The notes under the pieces were generated by a model. That model did no database searches. It was not told where the DNA came from and saw only the letters and a list, made by a program, of their open reading frames with translations. A stretch of 64,000 nt of DNA. It comes from a virus. Lineage: Duplodnaviria > Caudoviricetes. Positions 38,218-47,747 of this stretch are shown here, piece after piece (positions within the stretch are counted from its first letter, which is position 1; every line of letters begins with the position of its first letter). The position numbers and the translations under genes were made by a program. The stretch spans positions 42,320 to 106,319 of IMG/VR virus record IMGVR_UViG_3300033062_002592; one strand, given 5' to 3'.

Positions 38218-38961
38218 TTATGCCACCTTCTTATTTGTGTATTGTAATCTAATATTGTGAATATACAAGCTTTCACTTGCAGCTCCGCTTGCATAGATAC
38301 TTATAGGTGAATCCATTGTAACAACATTACTTTCGTTAAAATTGGTCCAACTTCCCGAAAAAAGTCCTCCTGCGGTACCATTCCATGCACATCTAGCCAC
38401 CAATAAAGCATCGATTGTTTGAACTATTACCGATTTAGAACTTGCAGCGCTTCCAGATCCATATACTAAAAGTCTAAAACTTCCAACATCGAAATTAATA
38501 AAATCAATTTTGGTTGTGTGTTCTGGTAAAAATGCTCCATAAGTCGTAGCAAGAGTTAAAGTTTGTTGTGTAGGAGAAGAAAAAAGATTAATTTCTCCCC
38601 AAACTCCTTTAATACCATTAACGGTGGTTATACTACCAGAGTAATCAATAGCAAAAATATCTGCAGCAGGTGAATCTGTGTAATTTAAAATACTGAAAGC
38701 GTTGGTAGATCCATATCTTCGCCAGATGATATCTTTGTTTCCTCCACCTAAATTGCTTGCGCTTCTTGCAAAATACACAGAGTTTGAATTGGGTGAAGAA
38801 AGCATTGGATTTGTAGAACCATAAGCCAATAATGGATTAATTAGATAAATACCACTTCCGCTACTAGCCTTTAAAGTAGTTGTACCTAGAGTTTCCACAT
38901 TTACATCTCTGAATTTGTCCAATGGATGCGTTGCCATTTTTGGAATTTCATACATTGTCAT
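38218..38961 (-). CDS. putative virion fibre/decoration protein
   Basis: Beta-rich, SGS motifs, structural module. Confidence 0.55.
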   Translation of the reverse strand: MTMYEIPKMATHPLDKFRDVNVETLGTTTLKASSGSGIYLINPLLAYGSTNPMLSSPNSNSVYFARSASNLGGGNKDIIWRRYGSTNAFSILNYTDSPAADIFAIDYSGSITTVNGIKGVWGEINLFSSPTQQTLTLATTYGAFLPEHTTKIDFINFDVGSFRLLVYGSGSAASSKSVIVQTIDALLVARCAWNGTAGGLFSGSWTNFNESNVVTMDSPISIYASGAASESLYIHNIRLQYTNKKVA

Positions 38962-39003
38962 TTTTCTTTCACTCCCTTTTTATTATTATAATTACTTTAA
39001 TTA

Positions 39004-39393
39004 TTATTCTCCTTTAATCCATATATTATAATGCATACGAATCCTAGGAACTAAATCGAGCATGATTGCATCAACCGCAGGCCACATAAAAGGCTGAGCC
39101 TCCTGCTTTGAAGTTCCATACTCAACATAAGCCGCATAAGGCTCTCCCCGAGTATTCGTGGCATCAGCAACTAGAGCGTAAGTTGGAAAATCTCCTTCCC
39201 AACGGATACTAGCTTGAAGATTTCCAGTATCAATAGGACAAAGTCCTTTCGCCATAATTTCCATCTCACTCATTCCCCATTCCATATCGTCAATAACTTG
39301 CGGAGGAACCTCATTCATTCTGCCAATTAAATTTTCCAATTTTGCAAATGCATCTGCACTGTAAACTTCAATTTTAACATCAATATAAGACAT
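39004..39393 (-). CDS. HK97 gp10-like neck/tail completion protein
   Basis: AK.LCPIDTGNLQASI, YAAYVEYGTSK..AQPFMWPA. Confidence 0.88.
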   Translation of the reverse strand: MSYIDVKIEVYSADAFAKLENLIGRMNEVPPQVIDDMEWGMSEMEIMAKGLCPIDTGNLQASIRWEGDFPTYALVADATNTRGEPYAAYVEYGTSKQEAQPFMWPAVDAIMLDLVPRIRMHYNIWIKGE

Positions 39394-39399
39394 TTTTAA

Positions 39400-39681
39400 T
39401 CAACCTTGTTCCATTTTCTTGAGTCTATAATAATAATCATTCAGTTCATTTAAATGAACAAGCGCAATTTTACCAGTCATTATTGGATTATTAAATGTAA
39501 TATTTGTTTTCGGATATTTTAAACCATGCTCAAGCTCTACATCAAGACCCATTCGAAATTGTTTAATATCAAACTTTGAAGTTTTCCAATCAATTCCTAT
39601 GGCTTCACCAATAAGCAATGCTTCATATTCCGTGAAATTCCTTCGGTTTCTGCGAGTATCCATTGTTTCATAATATGCCAT
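39400..39681 (-). CDS. DUF5661-like protein
   Basis: FRMGLDVELEHG...TN.T...TGKIAL.HLNE..DYY.RL.KME. Confidence 0.75.
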   Translation of the reverse strand: MAYYETMDTRRNRRNFTEYEALLIGEAIGIDWKTSKFDIKQFRMGLDVELEHGLKYPKTNITFNNPIMTGKIALVHLNELNDYYYRLKKMEQG

Positions 39682-39686
39682 TTTTA

Positions 39687-39929
39687 TCACATCTTAGGAA
39701 TAAGGAAACAACCGCAATTCGGATGCGCATTGATGATTCCCTCAACATCTTTCAGTTCTACTTCAACCCCATCCATGGATTTGCAAATTTCGCAATTTTC
39801 ATCAGCTTCTGGAGTTACCCAAACATATTTCACATAGTTCGAACTCTTATAGACATTGCGAATCCCTAGGTGAAACGCTGACAATAATGAATTTATAGAG
39901 AGCATTTCAATTCTGTTTTCAATTTTCAT
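39687..39929 (-). CDS. minimal Mu gpF/SPP1 gp7-like head morphogenesis domain
   Basis: W...D..CEIC..MDG...HPNCGC signature. Confidence 0.75.
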   Translation of the reverse strand: MKIENRIEMLSINSLLSAFHLGIRNVYKSSNYVKYVWVTPEADENCEICKSMDGVEVELKDVEGIINAHPNCGCFLIPKM

Positions 39930-40122
39930 CTTTTTTATACCTTAAATCGTACAACATTACATCGATGCGGGCGATGATAATTGCTGCAGCCAAAGCATCG
40001 GTTTTTCTTTTATGTGCTTCAGATTTCAACATTAATTTTAATTCGTAAAGTTCATCTGCACTTACATTTAAATTAGCAAGTTTATCTAATAATTCAACTT
40101 TACGTTTATTATCTTTATTCAT
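39919..40122 (-). CDS. small helical protein, paralog of the C-terminus of 40119..40610
   Basis: LLDKL...E..ELK...IIARIDVML vs LLEKL...E..KLK...ILARIDVLL. Confidence 0.6.
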   Translation of the reverse strand: MNKDNKRKVELLDKLANLNVSADELYELKLMLKSEAHKRKTDALAAAIIIARIDVMLYDLRYKKDEN

Positions 40123-40610
40123 TTCATCTTCAAACCCTTATAATCTTGTAACAATACATCTATCCTAGCCAATATAAATGAAGCCCAGAAAATTTCTTCT
40201 TCTCTTTTATTATTTTTTGTATCCTTAATCCTACAATTTAATTCTTCTTTCAATTTTTCCATTTCAGTAGGTGTAATAGTTTTTGCCTCAAGTTTTTCAA
40301 GAAGATGGTCTGTTTTAAATTCTTTCGGATGATGAAGGGCCTTCACAGCGTTGCTAGTCATGGCATTCCAAAACAGTTCCATTTTTGTTTCTAAACAAAC
40401 CAATCTATCTGTATTAACTGATACTTTATCTTCTAAACATTTAAGTCTTTCACAATCTGCTTTACTATCTACCCGAGTTTGTTCAAGGCTGGAAATCCTT
40501 TCTTTAATGTCTGCGCCTTCTTTAAATCTGGCCCAAAGAAAAGTCAAAATTGCAACAATTAAAGAACCAATTGAAGCAAAAAAAGGAAGATTTGAGGCGT
40601 CAAAACTCAT
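40119..40610 (-). CDS. N-terminally membrane-anchored coiled-coil protein
   Basis: TM segment FFASIGSLIVAILTFLW followed by heptad repeats. Confidence 0.65.
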   Translation of the reverse strand: MSFDASNLPFFASIGSLIVAILTFLWARFKEGADIKERISSLEQTRVDSKADCERLKCLEDKVSVNTDRLVCLETKMELFWNAMTSNAVKALHHPKEFKTDHLLEKLEAKTITPTEMEKLKEELNCRIKDTKNNKREEEIFWASFILARIDVLLQDYKGLKMK

Positions 40611-42607
40611 TATTCCAACTCTCCATTTTCTTTCATTTTAACCATTTCGTCCAATATTTTATCGAAACTTTTAATAGTTTCGGTCTTCAACTCTGAAAGA
40701 GGTTCCAAGTCTTCCTGTTTTAATGATAAATCATCTTCATTTCCCAGTGCCGTGTTTGCATTCATGCGCCCCATCAGATAACTTGAAACAATGTTTTCAT
40801 TGATAAGTTCCTTGGCGGCGTCACGGGCTTCTCTCTTAACATCCTTGACCAATTTAGCATCATCTTTCAAGTCAAACTTTGTCTTTTGAGTCAAACCAAG
40901 CATTTTTTCCCTGAAATTCTCTTCCAATTTCAATAATTGAATCTTTTTAGTTTTCAAATCTTCCAATTTCATGTGACTCTCCGGAGGTTTTTTTGATTGC
41001 TGTCTAACTCTATTCTGCTCAGGAGCTTTAATAGCACCACCAGGTTTGGGTGGAAAGCCCGAAGGCTGAGTTCCCGGCTCTTTTGATATTAATTCATCAT
41101 ATTTTTTATCCTGCATAGACCTAAAACCCATTTCTTCTCTGCATTCGTTTACACTTACAGCACCAGCCTGCATCATTTGTATTAATCTTTGGCTACGCAT
41201 GTTTTTGTCTTCTTCAATAATTGGTTTCCAAACTATATGAGCATTTTCAGTTTTATCTCCAAACTTCATTTTAATAAGAGGCTCGAATATATATTTCTCG
41301 ATTGGATCTGCAATGAATTCTTGCAGAACTTGCAGTCTTGTAACAAAATCGTGAAGTACAACTTCGGCGATACCTCTTGATGTGCGATACGTATAACCCA
41401 TCATAATTGGTGGAACACCGAGTGATTGATATCTACGAAGCAATAGAAAATCTACCCACCATTCTAATCTTAATTCTGAAGCCATTGTTTTGAATTCTTC
41501 CATAGATACATCACCTTTGGTGAATATCATTGTAGCCGCACTGCGCGTTTTCAAGGCATTCATTAAATCTCCCATTTGACCCGTGCTATAAGGCTTCTCT
41601 GGAGTTCCACCTTTAACAATCAATGGTGGCACTGCTCTGCTGTGAATCCATGTTGCAGCGTCATTTTCAAACTGCATAAGCAATTCATTATTCTTTATAA
41701 TTGGCATCAGCACGCTGTTGCCATATGCGGATTCATATCCCCATGATGCAGGACGATATCTGCAATGAATGCATGATTCATTGTCTATCAGAACGGGTGG
41801 AAATGCCATCCATTGTATATAACCATACTGATTACCATATGAATCTCTTCGAACACGCATGTATAATGGATCCAAATCTTTTAGAGCAACAATTGTTTTT
41901 GCATCGGGTGCTCTACCCATCCTATCGGCGACAAAGTTTTTCTTTGTTCCATTATCTTCAATTATTGCTGGTTTCACCTTATTTAATGGAATATTCAAAC
42001 TATTCAAATCATCCTTTGAATAATTTTCGCCTTTATATTCATACATTGGCATTGTAGTTTTAACGGTTTTATCCCATTGAATCTCTGTGTAACTATTACC
42101 ATAAACGAGACAATCTGTAGCCATAACAAGCATATGCTGCATTAAATCCAATCTTTGAATCATGTCATTCAGATAATCTATAACTTCTTCACTTTCATGG
42201 CTGATAGTAAACCCCTTTCCAACTGCCAAATTTACCTGCATTTGCACAGCTTGCTGAATATCAGGTTGTGACCTGTACATTTTGCGGTATTTCGGCAAAT
42301 CCGAGATTGGGTTAACACCGTAAACTTTAGTGTAAACATCTGCATAAGGACTCTGAACAAGACCAAACCCAGAACCTTCGGGTAAACCTCGGGATCCGTA
42401 GCCTAGTCCTCTTAAAAGATATAATGCAGGCTGTTCAGTCCACTGCGGCGGCACATCAAAGTCGAATTCTTCGGCAATTTCTTTAGGCAAAACTCTTGCT
42501 TTCAGCTCTCCAAGAGTCAGCATCGCTGTTTGCATTGCAGCATCGTATCTGGCTCTTGCCATTGGCCGCCACATTGGCGGTCTTTTTATTTCATTTTCTT
42601 TGCTCAT
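40610..42607 (-). CDS. portal protein
   Basis: CLVYGNSY.EI, LDP, IHCR, YGNS.L, LGVPPI.MG, SVNECREEMG. Confidence 0.88.
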   Translation of the reverse strand: MSKENEIKRPPMWRPMARARYDAAMQTAMLTLGELKARVLPKEIAEEFDFDVPPQWTEQPALYLLRGLGYGSRGLPEGSGFGLVQSPYADVYTKVYGVNPISDLPKYRKMYRSQPDIQQAVQMQVNLAVGKGFTISHESEEVIDYLNDMIQRLDLMQHMLVMATDCLVYGNSYTEIQWDKTVKTTMPMYEYKGENYSKDDLNSLNIPLNKVKPAIIEDNGTKKNFVADRMGRAPDAKTIVALKDLDPLYMRVRRDSYGNQYGYIQWMAFPPVLIDNESCIHCRYRPASWGYESAYGNSVLMPIIKNNELLMQFENDAATWIHSRAVPPLIVKGGTPEKPYSTGQMGDLMNALKTRSAATMIFTKGDVSMEEFKTMASELRLEWWVDFLLLRRYQSLGVPPIMMGYTYRTSRGIAEVVLHDFVTRLQVLQEFIADPIEKYIFEPLIKMKFGDKTENAHIVWKPIIEEDKNMRSQRLIQMMQAGAVSVNECREEMGFRSMQDKKYDELISKEPGTQPSGFPPKPGGAIKAPEQNRVRQQSKKPPESHMKLEDLKTKKIQLLKLEENFREKMLGLTQKTKFDLKDDAKLVKDVKREARDAAKELINENIVSSYLMGRMNANTALGNEDDLSLKQEDLEPLSELKTETIKSFDKILDEMVKMKENGELE

Positions 42608-42616
42608 TTAAATCAC

Positions 42617-43486
42617 TCACGTTATATATAATTCTGCATCTGCAATCCAACACGTAGGTGAACCTGTTAATCTGCCCTGTGCCCAGAAAATAATTCCAGT
42701 AGGAACTGTAGGAGTTCCATTAGAACTACTTACATAAGCAGGAACAATGAAATCTAAAGTTCTTTGCTGCCAAATTCCACCATTGGCATCCTGAACATAT
42801 GCATATTCATAGTGGCCACCGCTGAAGTAGTTATACCAAAATGCTGTTGCTGGAAGTAAAGCTCCACTGTAAAAATCTATACCTATACGAGCACCACATT
42901 CAGGATAACCTGGCCATGAAGAATCAGTTTGGACTTTCATCCAAGCTTTACCAACAACATGCTTTCCTGGAGTAACAGCAAAATTTATTGTATTAACTTC
43001 TCTTTCAGTATTACTATCAGCTGGTGTATGTGTTTCAATGCGCATACTTGGATTTCCAACGGTTCGAACAGTATTGTAATCTAAGAAAGTGATTTGTGGG
43101 TCAACTCCATGAGCAAAATAACCATATTGCCAGTAAACTTCCCATCCATTGTTGTATGTTAAATTCATGTTTGCGGGAATTAAAGCCAAGTTAACCGCGG
43201 ATGCAACTCCTCCCCATATTACATTTCCATAAAAAGTTAATGTGCCCTTATATATTTGCCATATAAAAACATTAGCACCAGTAGAAATGCTTACGTCCCA
43301 TTGAAGTTCTTTTAGATAAATTGATCCTCCAGTGTTTGTAAGGACATTGTTAGTGCTTTGTAAAATAGTAGTTAAAACTGAGCCAGAAAAATCTATCTTT
43401 CCAGTTAACCCGTTTTTTGCATAGTATTTACTGTCTGATCCCGACCAAATTAAATATGAAAATGGAATATCACATTTCATACTCAT
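42617..43486 (-). CDS. virion fibre/carbohydrate-binding protein
   Basis: SYLIW...YYAKNG.TG.I..SGS module shared with the adjacent spikes; C-terminal CBM-like sandwich. Confidence 0.55.
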   Translation of the reverse strand: MSMKCDIPFSYLIWSGSDSKYYAKNGLTGKIDFSGSVLTTILQSTNNVLTNTGGSIYLKELQWDVSISTGANVFIWQIYKGTLTFYGNVIWGGVASAVNLALIPANMNLTYNNGWEVYWQYGYFAHGVDPQITFLDYNTVRTVGNPSMRIETHTPADSNTEREVNTINFAVTPGKHVVGKAWMKVQTDSSWPGYPECGARIGIDFYSGALLPATAFWYNYFSGGHYEYAYVQDANGGIWQQRTLDFIVPAYVSSSNGTPTVPTGIIFWAQGRLTGSPTCWIADAELYIT

Positions 43487-43499
43487 ATTTCATCAACTA

Positions 43500-45722
43500 T
43501 TAAAGCGCAGCCTTCCAAAATACTCCTGCAGCTCCACCCGCTGTATGATAGACTGTGATATTTGTGGCGTTTACAGTATAACTGAATTGTAATGGATTAC
43601 TGCCTGAAGCATTTAATGAAACCCATCTTGGAGTCTGAGGCAAATTATGAGCAATAGTGCCACCATTGGCGACTGATGCATAGCCTGTGCTTTCCCAACC
43701 TTGTAAAGAACTGTGGCTGCCGCTTAAGCGAAACAGAGTCCCTGAAGCAGCTCCACTGGCATAATTTATTACATAAGTATTATAATCGGATATAGGAGAA
43801 ATTGCATACTCATTTATTGCATAATTTGATTTGGCAGGAGTTCTATCATCTATGATTTGCTTCGCACTTATGTTGCAATATTGAGATTGGTAGAGTTTCA
43901 CTCCCGAAGAATCATAAAGTCCGCTTGTCGCACAATTATATGTTCTTATATTATCTATTGTGCAATAATTACAATTTTCAACATTAACTCCGTCATACCA
44001 AGAGTTTTCTGCGTAAATTGAACCAACATGAACATTTTTTGCTCTATAAATGTATAATCCAGCTGATCCACTTATATTTTTAGCATATATTGAATCTATA
44101 TTAATATGATGTATATTATCTTGGGTAGCAGCACTAATATTGACTCCTCTACCATTTGAACCAGTTATATAATCTGATACAACGCTTCCTATTGAAACTG
44201 CATATACCGATCCCGAATTTACAACATTGCTGTCAATGCTTAAGCCACCTGCAACCGCATTATAAGTAATGATTTGACCTATAGAAACATGATGTGTTGA
44301 ACCATAATCGCCAGCTATTCTTACCCCATAACCGCCGCTGCCAGATGTTATAACACTGTTTGCTGTAATGTAGGAGCCTGTTGCATTATAATAAGGTCCT
44401 CCAGTTCCACTTCCAGTCCAAGTCCATATTTCAAGCGTTGCTGCACCAACATCGCTTTGAGATATTTTTTCTGTATATAATCTGTCTATAAATACATAAT
44501 TAGATCCTTCAAGAGATACTAGAGCGTTGCCAATATCATAGCCTTCGGCATATCCTATATTAACATATTTACAGCAGTCGAGAAGGAATCCTGCCCCGTA
44601 ACATTTGTTAGAACCTAGGCCAGTTGCTTTAAAGTTAGGAACTGTAATGTAATTACTGCCAGTAATCCAAAACGCTGTAATCCAAGCATTTCCAGGAGGA
44701 CTTTGAGTAGGACTTTGGTTTGCAATATTGGCATCGAATATTGAATTTATACAATTTATATAAATATAATTTTTACTAAACGCAGTAAACATGCTTAATC
44801 CATTGCCGCTGCCAGAACCATTTAAAATCTTCCAAGTTGCATTTTCAAAAATCAATCCAATATTGTTATAAGGTATGTTGACAGTGTTTCCAGCAGTAAA
44901 TATTCCATCTTTAATAACAACAGTGCCACCATTTGGCATCGTGCCTAATACGTAAGTTAAAAGCGTAGAAGCGCTTGCGCTTGAAGTTATCACACCAGTG
45001 TGACCGTTTTGAGCAGTATAACCGTTAGAACCGCTGTAAAGCACATATGATGCTGGCATCTCTCCCGAACCAGTGTTTGCAGTTAAATAATAAGTCACAT
45101 AACCATAGTCATTTGTGCCAGTTATTGTCATGTTTGTTCCGGCATGAAGATTTATCGCAGATCCAGTATATGGCGAACCTTCATTTGTGTAACCTTTCAT
45201 AGGTATGTAACTTGCAGTAATCGAACTTCCTGAAATATTTCCAATTATTATAATATTACTACCGCTGATTGTTGTTGCATTAATTGTACTTCCAGATATT
45301 CTTGAGCTTCCAGTAATTGTTGTTGCAACAATGTTTGCGGGATTGAATGTTCCCACTGAAAGTGTACTTGCTGCAACAGTGCTTCCACTTATAGTTCCGC
45401 TGCCTGTCAAGTTTGTAACATAAACATTTGTAATTACAGCAGTGCTTCCAGTCAAGTTTGCAGCTATTATGCTACTTCCCGAATAAATCGCATTATCATA
45501 ATCAATATATGATTGTATGACTCCAGTTGTATATCCTTCAAATCTATTTAATGTGTCATCAAAAACTGTCCCACTTAAAGAACCCGTAATTGAGTTTTTA
45601 ACAGTATTATAAACAAGTCCGCTAATAAGAACCTTTCCAGATGATCCAGATTTTCCATAATAATAACTGTCTGTACCCAAATAAATTATCCAATCTGAAT
45701 TAAGATATTGAGTTGTTGACAT
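43500..45722 (-). CDS. beta-helix (pectate lyase-like) spike protein 3
   Basis: ISGS repeats, DANIANQ, parallel beta-helix repeats, C-terminal IAHNL..P...TNITVYH...VFWKA. Confidence 0.75.
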   Translation of the reverse strand: MSTTQYLNSDWIIYLGTDSYYYGKSGSSGKVLISGLVYNTVKNSITGSLSGTVFDDTLNRFEGYTTGVIQSYIDYDNAIYSGSSIIAANLTGSTAVITNVYVTNLTGSGTISGSTVAASTLSVGTFNPANIVATTITGSSRISGSTINATTISGSNIIIIGNISGSSITASYIPMKGYTNEGSPYTGSAINLHAGTNMTITGTNDYGYVTYYLTANTGSGEMPASYVLYSGSNGYTAQNGHTGVITSSASASTLLTYVLGTMPNGGTVVIKDGIFTAGNTVNIPYNNIGLIFENATWKILNGSGSGNGLSMFTAFSKNYIYINCINSIFDANIANQSPTQSPPGNAWITAFWITGSNYITVPNFKATGLGSNKCYGAGFLLDCCKYVNIGYAEGYDIGNALVSLEGSNYVFIDRLYTEKISQSDVGAATLEIWTWTGSGTGGPYYNATGSYITANSVITSGSGGYGVRIAGDYGSTHHVSIGQIITYNAVAGGLSIDSNVVNSGSVYAVSIGSVVSDYITGSNGRGVNISAATQDNIHHINIDSIYAKNISGSAGLYIYRAKNVHVGSIYAENSWYDGVNVENCNYCTIDNIRTYNCATSGLYDSSGVKLYQSQYCNISAKQIIDDRTPAKSNYAINEYAISPISDYNTYVINYASGAASGTLFRLSGSHSSLQGWESTGYASVANGGTIAHNLPQTPRWVSLNASGSNPLQFSYTVNATNITVYHTAGGAAGVFWKAAL

Positions 45723-45725
45723 TTA

Positions 45726-47741
45726 TTAAACCTCCGCTCTCCAAAATACTCCCAACGAACCACCTACAGTATGATACACAGTAATGTTCGTTGCATCTGC
45801 TGTATAGCTAAAGTAAGCTGGAATGCTTCCACTCGCAGTTAATGAAATTGTTTTAGGTATTGCAACGCAGCCATGAGCTATAGTTCCACCATTTGATATA
45901 GAATTATATCCATAATTATCAGTAATATATCCTCTGTTATGTTTTATCATGTTATTGGTACCAACTAAATTCATCACTGTTCCATTATTTTGGAATATAT
46001 TATCGTTTATAGTCCAATAGTCAGCAAGATTATTTTGAGTAATACCGTAAGTATTTGAAACAAATATATTTCCTATACAATTTACATACATTGAGCCAGT
46101 TCCTGTATCCCAACCCGAAAGTCCCACCGTGCTTCCTGAGAAATAGTTATTATTTACTATTGTGTAATTGGCACCATCAGTAATACCTATTCCAGTGGCA
46201 TTGTTTAATATTTTGTTTGAATTCAAGTCATTGTTGGACCCACTTCGTAAAAATATTCCTATATTTGAACCTGAAACAATATTTCCTTCTACTACCCATT
46301 GTTTTCCATAAATCTGTATTCCATAGTATAGAGTATTATATATAATATTATTTGTAAGTAAAACATTGTCAGCATGAAAATCTGCTAAATCTCCAATTCC
46401 ACAAGCCTGAGTTCCAATTGGATTTAAAATTTTGTTATTTGAACAAATGCAATGGTCTGACCTTACTGAAATTCCATAACAATCATTATTTACTCTGCCA
46501 TATTTTTCAATTGTACAATTTGAAATTGTTACATGGGGTGAACCTGAACTTAGATAAACTCCATGCTGAGCAGAGCCACTCATATAACATTTATCAATTA
46601 AAATGTCTTTAGTTGAACCATATCCGTATGAAGATACGCCAATATAAATGCATCCTTTTGTAATAGTTGAACCACACGATGTAAAATTACAACTTATCAC
46701 TTGTGTTCTTTTATTCAAATAAGATAAAACAAGACCAAAATCATATGTATTTGTAATATTAACATCCTGAACTAATGCATCAGTAGCTCCTGCAAGATAT
46801 ATTCCAGCCGGAATACCAGAAGCTTGTCCACTTGCATTTCCATCTATAAATCCACCTTTTATAGTTATATATGGATCATTAGATCCTAGATTTGGATTCA
46901 TAATTACAGGAGCATTTAAGCCCGAATCGGCAACAATTTTTCCATCAATTTCCATAAGTGTATAACTCGGAATTAAAATTGATCCTGTTACAATAAAGTT
47001 GCCTTTAAGAAAAGCTTTCTCTTGCCAAGTACGACCTGATGTTAAACTATTCAATGCAGCATTAATAACATATGTTGCGCTGCTACCGCTATAAATTATG
47101 CTTCCTGAAGTGCTTTCTGCAAAATATGGACCACCATTGGCTGAACTACTATAAATTATAATATTTGAAGGAAGTTGATTATAAAGTACATCCATTGATA
47201 TGGGCACAGCAGAGCTTGAAATTGTAAGAATCTGTCCAGTTTGACTTACTGTAGTACCACCACTACCTGTGAAATCGACATCTCCGAAAAGATTTGTGCT
47301 ACCGAGAACAGAGTTGCTGTGGACACCAACGTGAACGTGGTCGTCATGGCTTGGAGTGTCTCCACTTCCAGAATACGCCGTTGATCCAATGTCTTGAGGA
47401 TTGTTATTACTTAAACTTGGTGAGCCATGAGTGTGGTCGCCTTTGCTATAGTAAGTTGACATTCCAACGTTAGAACTTAATCCATAAGTTGTTTCTTCAG
47501 TCATTGGACCTGCATATGGACTTGCTGCAGTTAAACCATCAATTTTAATATTTTTACCAGTTTGAGTAAGAGTTATAGCACTACCCTGTTCTAATGTAAT
47601 ATCACCAACTACAGCAGCGCTGCCGCTTTTAGCAACTGAAGTCACAAGACTTCCTTGGTAGGCCGCGCCTGATATATTCATACTACCACTTATGTACGGC
47701 GCAGATACTAAAGCTGGTGTAAATTTACTCCACGATGACAT
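45726..47741 (-). CDS. beta-helix spike protein 2
   Basis: DHTH/DHVH knobs, INAALNSLTSGRTW.EK, IDGN, NosD-like repeats, C-terminal IAHG...VFWRAEV. Confidence 0.78.
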   Translation of the reverse strand: MSSWSKFTPALVSAPYISGSMNISGAAYQGSLVTSVAKSGSAAVVGDITLEQGSAITLTQTGKNIKIDGLTAASPYAGPMTEETTYGLSSNVGMSTYYSKGDHTHGSPSLSNNNPQDIGSTAYSGSGDTPSHDDHVHVGVHSNSVLGSTNLFGDVDFTGSGGTTVSQTGQILTISSSAVPISMDVLYNQLPSNIIIYSSSANGGPYFAESTSGSIIYSGSSATYVINAALNSLTSGRTWQEKAFLKGNFIVTGSILIPSYTLMEIDGKIVADSGLNAPVIMNPNLGSNDPYITIKGGFIDGNASGQASGIPAGIYLAGATDALVQDVNITNTYDFGLVLSYLNKRTQVISCNFTSCGSTITKGCIYIGVSSYGYGSTKDILIDKCYMSGSAQHGVYLSSGSPHVTISNCTIEKYGRVNNDCYGISVRSDHCICSNNKILNPIGTQACGIGDLADFHADNVLLTNNIIYNTLYYGIQIYGKQWVVEGNIVSGSNIGIFLRSGSNNDLNSNKILNNATGIGITDGANYTIVNNNYFSGSTVGLSGWDTGTGSMYVNCIGNIFVSNTYGITQNNLADYWTINDNIFQNNGTVMNLVGTNNMIKHNRGYITDNYGYNSISNGGTIAHGCVAIPKTISLTASGSIPAYFSYTADATNITVYHTVGGSLGVFWRAEV

Positions 47742-47747
47742 ATTTCA

